A DNA stretch of 64,000 nt from the NCBI GenBank assembly GCA_031260805.1, contig JAISKV010000012.1, forward strand, positions 9,670 to 73,669, written 5' to 3'. How positions within the stretch are numbered: position 1 is the first letter of the stretch; each line of letters starts with the position of its first letter. Source of the DNA: Rickettsiales bacterium. Lineage in GTDB: Bacteria; Pseudomonadota; Alphaproteobacteria; Rs-D84. Shown piece by piece: positions 57,908 to 64,000 of this stretch. The position numbers and the translations under genes were made by a program. The notes under the pieces are model-generated. The model worked only from the letters and a program-made list of their open reading frames with translations. It did not search any database and was not told where the DNA came from.

Positions 57908-60160
57908 TTATTTTTTTTTCCATTTCGCGGCCGGTTTCTTATTGTTTATCAATTCAATCGCGGCTGCCAAATCCGGCTGATCCTTGACGGAAACATTAAC
58001 TTTGTTTGACGAGATGTACGGACCGTATCTGCCGGTGTCGTAATAAATGATGTCTTTGTCCGTCGCGGGATTTTGGCCCAGCACTACGCCCTCGGATTTT
58101 TTGCCCTTGTTTTCCAACAGTTCGCGCGCAATCTGGGCGGTTATCGTTTCCGCAGTGTATTTCTTGGCGGACGCATTGTTTTTTCCGTCAGTCACATACG
58201 GCCCGAACCGCCCGATCTTGAAGAAAATTCCGTCGCCCAGATCGGTGCCCGTCTTGGCCGCGGCATCGTCGTCGCCGGCGCTGGCTGCGGCCGCCGCATC
58301 AGGCTTGGTAATAAAATCGCACTGCGGATAATTGCTGCAAGACAGGAACGCGCCGTATTTGCCCAATTTTAATATGATATCGCCGCTGCCGCATTTCGGG
58401 CACTTGGTTCCGGCGATATGCGCGATATGCGTTGACATGTCGCGGTTCAGGTTGTCAATGATTTCTGCCGTCTTTATATCGCGCGCGGAATCAATCAATT
58501 TGCTGGTCGGTTTCCAAAAATCGTCCAGAACAGGATTTTTTGACAGTTTCCCGTTGGAAACATCATCCATCGCGTCCTCGGTCTTTGCTGTGAAGTTTAC
58601 ATCCAGCAGGCCTGCGAAATAGTGCGACAGGTACGCGGTTATGACCCATCCAGCCGGTGTCGGCGAAAAGCGGCGCGACTTGTCCTGGGCGATGTACCCG
58701 CTGTCCACAATCTTGCCCATGATCGCCGCGTAAGTTGACGGGCGGCCGATTCCCAATTCTTCCATCTTTTTCACCAGCGTCGCTTCGGTGAACCGGGCCG
58801 GCGGCTGGGTAAAGTGCTGGGCCGGCGTCAATTCGGTTATGTCAATTTTATCGCCGACGGCCAGTTGTGGCAGTTTTGATTCCGATCCATCATCCGCGTC
58901 GTCGTCGCGGCCTTCCTGGTACACGGCCAGAAATCCCGCAAAAGTCTGCGTCTGGCCGGTTGCGTGGAACACGGCGTTCGCCGTCTTGATGTCAACGGCA
59001 ACGCTGTCAAATTCAGCGTTTGACATCTGGCATGCCAGCGTCCGCTTTAATATCAGGTCAAACAGTTTCTGCTCGTCCGCATCGCTGGGGCGGTCGCTGT
59101 TTATGTGCGTGGGCCGGATTGCTTCGTGCGCTTCCTGGGCGTTTTTGGATTTGGTTATATAAATATTAGGCGCGGCCGGCAGAAATTCGCGGCCGTATTC
59201 GCTTTCCACGAATTCGCGGATTTCGGATACCGCGTCCGCGGACAGATTGGTGCTGTCGGTCCGCATGTATGTTATGAATCCCTGCTCGTATAACTTCTGC
59301 GCGACGGACATGGTGCGTTTGGAATTAAAGTACAGTTTCCGCGCCGCGTCCATTTGCAGCGTGGATGTCGTGAAAGGCGCGGCCGGCTTGCGCGATACTT
59401 TCTTTTTTTCCACCGTCGCGACGGTCGCTGGAATTACCGGCGCGCCGATTGCGGATAAAATCTTGTCCGATTCGTCCTGGGTTTTAATTGTAAATTTTTC
59501 AATTTTATTATTCTCAAATTCAGACAGTTGCGCCTTGAACTCTGAACTGTTAAAATTGCAAACCGATTCCAGGGACCAGTATTCCACAGGCTTGAAAGCC
59601 TCTATATCCTTCTCTCTTGCAACGACCAGCGCGACTGCGACCGATTGCACGCGCCCGGCGGATTTGCCCAGGTTGCGCCGCCACAACAGCGGCGACACCC
59701 CGAATCCGATAAGATAATCCAGCCCGCGCCGTATAAAATAGGCGTCAACCAGCGCAGTGTCAATCCCGCGCGGATTGGCGATCGCCGCCTCTACCGCTTT
59801 CTTCGTAATTTCGTTGTAAGTGATACGGTGCACGGGCTTGCCCGCCAAAACTTTCTTGGACTTCAAGATTTCCAGCAGATGCCATGCAATCGCTTCCCCT
59901 TCGCGGTCCGCGTCGCTTGCCAGATAAACCGCGTCAGCGTCCCGCACCGCGTCGGTTATTTGTTTTATGACTTTTTCCTTGCCCGGCATAATCTGCCACT
60001 TCATGGCATAGTCGTTGTCCGGATCCACGCTGCCGTTTTCAGGCACCAGATCGCGCACATGGCCGACGGACGCCACGACATTCCAGTCGCGTCCCAGGTA
60101 TTTCCCAATTGTTTTGGCCTTGGCCGGTGATTCAACGATTAACAAGTTCATAAAAAACAC
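57908..60160 (-). CDS. topA: DNA topoisomerase I
   Basis: TOPRIM (LLIVESPAKAKTI), catalytic Tyr region, C-terminal zinc ribbons (CPKCG...C); probable start MNLLIV at 60151. Confidence 0.95.
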   Translation of the reverse strand: MFFMNLLIVESPAKAKTIGKYLGRDWNVVASVGHVRDLVPENGSVDPDNDYAMKWQIMPGKEKVIKQITDAVRDADAVYLASDADREGEAIAWHLLEILKSKKVLAGKPVHRITYNEITKKAVEAAIANPRGIDTALVDAYFIRRGLDYLIGFGVSPLLWRRNLGKSAGRVQSVAVALVVAREKDIEAFKPVEYWSLESVCNFNSSEFKAQLSEFENNKIEKFTIKTQDESDKILSAIGAPVIPATVATVEKKKVSRKPAAPFTTSTLQMDAARKLYFNSKRTMSVAQKLYEQGFITYMRTDSTNLSADAVSEIREFVESEYGREFLPAAPNIYITKSKNAQEAHEAIRPTHINSDRPSDADEQKLFDLILKRTLACQMSNAEFDSVAVDIKTANAVFHATGQTQTFAGFLAVYQEGRDDDADDGSESKLPQLAVGDKIDITELTPAQHFTQPPARFTEATLVKKMEELGIGRPSTYAAIMGKIVDSGYIAQDKSRRFSPTPAGWVITAYLSHYFAGLLDVNFTAKTEDAMDDVSNGKLSKNPVLDDFWKPTSKLIDSARDIKTAEIIDNLNRDMSTHIAHIAGTKCPKCGSGDIILKLGKYGAFLSCSNYPQCDFITKPDAAAAASAGDDDAAAKTGTDLGDGIFFKIGRFGPYVTDGKNNASAKKYTAETITAQIARELLENKGKKSEGVVLGQNPATDKDIIYYDTGRYGPYISSNKVNVSVKDQPDLAAAIELINNKKPAAKWKKK

Positions 60161-60257
60161 CCCGTGTTTTTAATTATTAGTTATTATACTTTTGTTTGTG
60201 GTGGCAGAATTTTTACAATACGCACCATGGTACAATAACTAATAATTAATAATTGTT

Positions 60258-61415
60258 TTACCCTTTGTTCGCCAGCAGTTGGTCCCGGTTTATATTGCAA
60301 TTCTGGCATATCCCCAGCCCCAGCATCAGCGATATCAGCGCGCTGCCGCCAAAAGACATCAGCGGCAGCGGAACCCCCACCGTCGGCAGCAGGCCCAGCA
60401 CCATGAATATGTTTATAAAATAATAAATGGAAAAATTCAACATAAATCCAAAACAGAATAATTGCCCGAATCTGTTTTTAGACTGCTTGGATATCCAAAA
60501 CAGTATTCCCGTCATCGCCGAATAAATCAGAATCAGAACCATTGCGCCGGCAAAACCGAATTCTTCCCCGAAAATCGCAAAGATAAAATCGGTCTGTTTT
60601 TCAGGCAGAAAATACATGTGCGATTGGGTGCCCTGCAAATATCCTTTGCCGTAAACGCCGCCACTGCCGAAAGTAATCTTGGATTGGTTTATCTGGTATC
60701 CGGTTCCGGCCAGGTCTTGGTCGGGATGCACAAATGTTATAATCCGTTCCCGCTGGTAATCATGCAGTCCTGCGAACCACACGATCGGCGCGGCCAGTAT
60801 GAACAGCGCGGCCGCGATTGCAAACCATTGCCTGCGCGCGCCGGCCGCCCAGAACACGCCGATTCCCGCCAGGGTGATGGAAATTGCTGTTCCCAAATCC
60901 GGCTGGGCCAGAATAAACACCAGCGGCGCGCCCAGTATCGCCAGCGGAATCAGGTAAGTCCGCAATTGTCCGGATTCTACGGAATTTTTCCAAGAAAAAT
61001 ATTTTGCGAATGCCAGAATCAGCGCGATTTTAATAAACTCGGACGGCTGGATGTGAACAAAGCCCAGGTTTATCCAGCGCGTCGCCCCCATCCCCGTATG
61101 GCCGACAAATGTAACCAGTATTATCAGCGCCAGCGCGATGCCGTAAATCGTCCACACTGATTTCAGCCAAGTGCGGATGTTGGAAAATGCAGCGATGAAA
61201 AACACGCCCAGCCCGACCAGTATTTTTATCAGTTGATCCAATGCGTACGGCCGCCATCCGCCAAAAGAATCGCCGTTGTGCCCTGCGGAAAACAGCGTCA
61301 GCACGGACAGTATCAGCACCAGGCTCATGGCGGCCAGCAGCGGCCAGTGGAACTTGGCCAACTTTTCGTCAAACCCTGTTTTTCCGGCAAAAGCGTATCT
61401 GGTTCTGGATCTCAT
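60258..61415 (-). CDS. rodA: SEDS-family peptidoglycan glycosyltransferase RodA (FtsW/RodA family)
   Basis: 10-TM SEDS protein; immediately downstream of PBP2 gene (mrdA-rodA arrangement). Confidence 0.85.
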   Translation of the reverse strand: MRSRTRYAFAGKTGFDEKLAKFHWPLLAAMSLVLILSVLTLFSAGHNGDSFGGWRPYALDQLIKILVGLGVFFIAAFSNIRTWLKSVWTIYGIALALIILVTFVGHTGMGATRWINLGFVHIQPSEFIKIALILAFAKYFSWKNSVESGQLRTYLIPLAILGAPLVFILAQPDLGTAISITLAGIGVFWAAGARRQWFAIAAALFILAAPIVWFAGLHDYQRERIITFVHPDQDLAGTGYQINQSKITFGSGGVYGKGYLQGTQSHMYFLPEKQTDFIFAIFGEEFGFAGAMVLILIYSAMTGILFWISKQSKNRFGQLFCFGFMLNFSIYYFINIFMVLGLLPTVGVPLPLMSFGGSALISLMLGLGICQNCNINRDQLLANKG

Positions 61416-63196
61416 TTTGTCAACACTTTCAGCACTTCGGCCGCAGTGCGCGCAGCATTTCCGCTGCCGCCGCTATGCTCTGTTATAACCGCGACCGCGA
61501 ATCTCGGATTATCCGCAGGTGCAAATCCGACGAACAGTCCGTGATTGCGCCGCGCCCAATCAATTTGCTCGTTAGAAAGAACGCCGCGATCCCGTTCCGC
61601 CATTGAAATATTGCGGACCTGGGCCGTGCCGGTTTTGCCGCCCATGTTGCCCAGCACCCAGCCAGCGCCCGCCGCAGTGCCGCCGGTCTGCACAACCCGT
61701 CTCAATCCGTCCATAACAATCCGGATGTTCTTTTGCTGCAATCCGATTTCGCCGAACTTTTCAGTCCCGCCATCAGCGATGATTTTCGGGACAACGGCCC
61801 GATCGCTTACCGCGCGCGCGATCATGACGCATAATTGCAGCGGGTTTGTCAAAACAAATCCCTGGCCGATTCCGGAAATAATAGTGTCGCCATGCTGCCA
61901 CTTTTGACCGATGACGGACTCTTTCCATTTTTTATCAGGCAGCACGCCCGCCGGCTGGCCTGGGAAAATATCCGGCATAAACTTCTCGGTCATCCCCAGC
62001 CGCAGCGCCATGCTTTTTATTGCGTCAATCCCGACGCGCAATGCGATCTGGTAAAAATAAGTATCGCACGAATGCGCCAGCGCGTCAATCATGTTCACGC
62101 TGCCGTGGCCGTGCTTTTCCCAGCAGTGATACCGGTGCCCGCCGTATTCCCAGTATCCGGGGCAGTGTATTTTTTCGGCCGGGGACACCGCGCCTGATTC
62201 CAGCGCGGCCAGCGCGACTGCAATCTTGAATGTTGATCCCGGCGGATACATCCCGTCAACGGCCTTGTTGATAAAAGGCTTCATGACATCGCCCTGCAAT
62301 TTGGCCAGATATTCATCGCCCGCATCAGTATAAAATTTGTTCGCGTCAAATCCGGGCGTGGAACAGATGGCCAGAACCTCGCCGGTTTGGATATCAATCG
62401 CGACGCCTGCGCCGGGCTTGAACTTGGCCAGCATTTCATACATCTTTTCCTGGGCCGGCGCGTGCAGCGTGGTTTTCAGGTCCGTGCCGTCAATTTCCGG
62501 ATTGAAATAATTGTCATCCGCGCCGGATATTTTTCCGACAGCGTTCACCAGAACCGCGCTCTGCCCAGCCGTCCCGCCCAGTTGCCGGTTGAATATTTTT
62601 TCCAATCCTGAAACGCCGCTTTGCCAGAATCGCGAATTTTCTGTTTCCCCGACATAGCCCGCGATGTGGCAGTATTCTTCGCCGAACGGGTAAGACCGGC
62701 GGAATCCGCCGCGCGCGTAAACGCCGGGCAGATCCAGTTTCTGAATCGCGGCGAATGCCGGCCACGGCAGATCCCGCTTGACCATGACGGGGACAAAGCC
62801 CCGCTGCACCGCCACTATCCGGTTAATCTTTGCCAGATTCTTGGCCGATAATTTTATATGCCTGCCCAATATTTCCAGTGTCTCGGCCAGGTTTTTCACT
62901 TCGTCCGGAATGATATAGATTTGATAAATCGGATTGTCGCGGGCAATGAATTTATCGTCCCGGGTAAGTATCTTGCCGCGAACGGGAATAATCGGCTGGA
63001 TCCGCACCGCGTTGTTCAGCGATTGCGATTTGTATTTTTTATACTGGAACACCTGCAATTGCAGCATGCGCAGCACGATGACGGATGTCAGCACCGCCGC
63101 GCCCCCCAGAAAGAGCGCGCTGCGGCGGTTGAAAGTTTTTGCCAATTCCAAGTCAATCATGGCGCATCCCGCTGCATAAAATTGTTGCCGGAACAT
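61412..63196 (-). CDS. mrdA: Penicillin-binding protein 2 (peptidoglycan D,D-transpeptidase MrdA)
   Basis: SXXK (STFK), SXN, KTG(T) motifs; N-terminal TM + PBP dimerization domain. Confidence 0.9.
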   Translation of the reverse strand: MFRQQFYAAGCAMIDLELAKTFNRRSALFLGGAAVLTSVIVLRMLQLQVFQYKKYKSQSLNNAVRIQPIIPVRGKILTRDDKFIARDNPIYQIYIIPDEVKNLAETLEILGRHIKLSAKNLAKINRIVAVQRGFVPVMVKRDLPWPAFAAIQKLDLPGVYARGGFRRSYPFGEEYCHIAGYVGETENSRFWQSGVSGLEKIFNRQLGGTAGQSAVLVNAVGKISGADDNYFNPEIDGTDLKTTLHAPAQEKMYEMLAKFKPGAGVAIDIQTGEVLAICSTPGFDANKFYTDAGDEYLAKLQGDVMKPFINKAVDGMYPPGSTFKIAVALAALESGAVSPAEKIHCPGYWEYGGHRYHCWEKHGHGSVNMIDALAHSCDTYFYQIALRVGIDAIKSMALRLGMTEKFMPDIFPGQPAGVLPDKKWKESVIGQKWQHGDTIISGIGQGFVLTNPLQLCVMIARAVSDRAVVPKIIADGGTEKFGEIGLQQKNIRIVMDGLRRVVQTGGTAAGAGWVLGNMGGKTGTAQVRNISMAERDRGVLSNEQIDWARRNHGLFVGFAPADNPRFAVAVITEHSGGSGNAARTAAEVLKVLTK

Positions 63197-63632
63197 ACCA
63201 GACTGCGATCCACAGTGTCAGCCACGCCGCGGATGCCGCGCTGAAAAACGACCAATTGGCCAGCCCGATTGATAAAAAGCACACCCCGCAGAAAATCATA
63301 AAAATCCAAACCCCGTTCAATTTCTGATCCGGCATGGAAATATAATTCTGAATCCTGTTTATCATTATCGCGGCGGATACCGCGACGGTCCAGAACAAGA
63401 CTGTCCCGAACCTGTAATCCAGCACCAGGCAGACGGCCAATGCAAAAGGCCAGAAATATTTGATCGGCCGGATGAACAGGTAATAAAAAAGCGGCATCAT
63501 GCATAGAATTCCGCAGGGATTCCAAAATCCGACGCCCAGCCCCAGCAGCATCAGGCTGAAAAAAAATGGGAAGATTGTGCGGACAATTTTTATCATTTTA
63601 TTATAACCGCGGCCTCGATGCAATTTTGCCAT
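63153..63632 (-). CDS. mreD: Rod shape-determining protein MreD
   Basis: Small polytopic membrane protein between mreC and mrdA; alternative start near 63596. Confidence 0.65.
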   Translation of the reverse strand: MAKLHRGRGYNKMIKIVRTIFPFFFSLMLLGLGVGFWNPCGILCMMPLFYYLFIRPIKYFWPFALAVCLVLDYRFGTVLFWTVAVSAAIMINRIQNYISMPDQKLNGVWIFMIFCGVCFLSIGLANWSFFSAASAAWLTLWIAVWYVPATILCSGMRHD

Positions 63633-64000
63633 TTTTTTCCGAATTCAATGCTGGCTGAATTCTTGTACGCCTTCTCTATACGCCCGACAGACAGGTTGGC
63701 CGGGATGCCGCTGTTCAGCGTGCTGGTGTACAACATTGTTCCGGCGGTCGGCTTGAACTCAGGCTCGCTAAAATTGGCCAATTCGCGGCGCGCGCCCAGA
63801 AATCCGAATACATCCGTGCCGCCCAGCCGTACGATTATATTCGTGTTGTGGTCGTTTAATCCGCGAACGCGCGCCGTCCCAGGCATAACCGATTCAACAA
63901 TTCCGATTAAAAATCCATCCTTGGACACGACCGCTTGGCCGGCGGCAATTCCGTCATGCGCGCCGCGGTCCAATTGAAACGCGTCGTTGCCCAGCCCCGA
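63593..64000 (-). CDS. mreC: Rod shape-determining protein MreC (3' portion; gene continues beyond window end)
   Basis: C-terminal beta-barrel domain motifs (GQAVVSKDGFLIG.V..V....A.V.L..D...); open frame continues to position 64000. Confidence 0.7.
   Translation of the reverse strand, partial: SGLGNDAFQLDRGAHDGIAAGQAVVSKDGFLIGIVESVMPGTARVRGLNDHNTNIIVRLGGTDVFGFLGARRELANFSEPEFKPTAGTMLYTSTLNSGIPANLSVGRIEKAYKNSASIEFGKKWQNCIEAAVIIK

Overview
This is a 64-kb chromosomal window from a Gram-negative, LPS-producing bacterium, probably a proteobacterium (leuS-lptE and rsmI/lpoA adjacencies; overall GC roughly 55-58% by eye). Most of it is housekeeping: addB-like, engB, rsmI, lpoA, lolCDE, ftsQ/ftsA, tsaE, uvrB, asmA, leuS-lptE-HU, tyrS, an archaeal-type aspS, lpxK-lpxC, ung, terC, gyrB, virB3/virB4, ychF, dnaG, topA and rodA-mrdA-mreD-mreC. 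There are seven tRNAs: Tyr, Gly, Glu, Thr-GGT, fMet, Thr-TGT, plus rpmJ, which the ORF track missed. The accessory or unusual parts are: (1) a polysaccharide locus at the 5' end with a GT2, a GT11 fucosyltransferase, two GT32-like paralogs and two Stealth phosphotransferase paralogs. (2) An AT-rich single-gene islet encoding a Schlafen-like AlbA_2+HATPase_c_4 protein, bounded by hairpin-containing direct repeats. (3) A split type IVb-pilus-like apparatus. A secretin-like lipoprotein sits at about 17 kb and a PilO/PilP/PilQ/PilR-like module at 38.8-43.8 kb, with an AT-rich four-helix-bundle (23S IVS-protein family) gene flanked by inverted repeats inserted between the ATPase and platform genes. 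(4) An AT-rich AAA_14/DUF4143 ATPase plus HhH-GPD glycosylase-like pair with a palindromic operator-like promoter. (5) A family of intergenic hairpin elements built from 7-bp periodic repeats. (6) A T-box-like motif in the leader of the archaeal-type AspRS gene. (7) An in-frame FtsA-Rpe fusion in a truncated dcw cluster. (8) An in-frame GC-rich nested palindrome inside leuS. (9) An AT-rich repeat array with a perfect CtrA-type box and DnaA-box-like 9-mers upstream of an orphan virB3-virB4 pair. No CRISPR arrays, rRNA genes or obvious transposases/integrases are visible.
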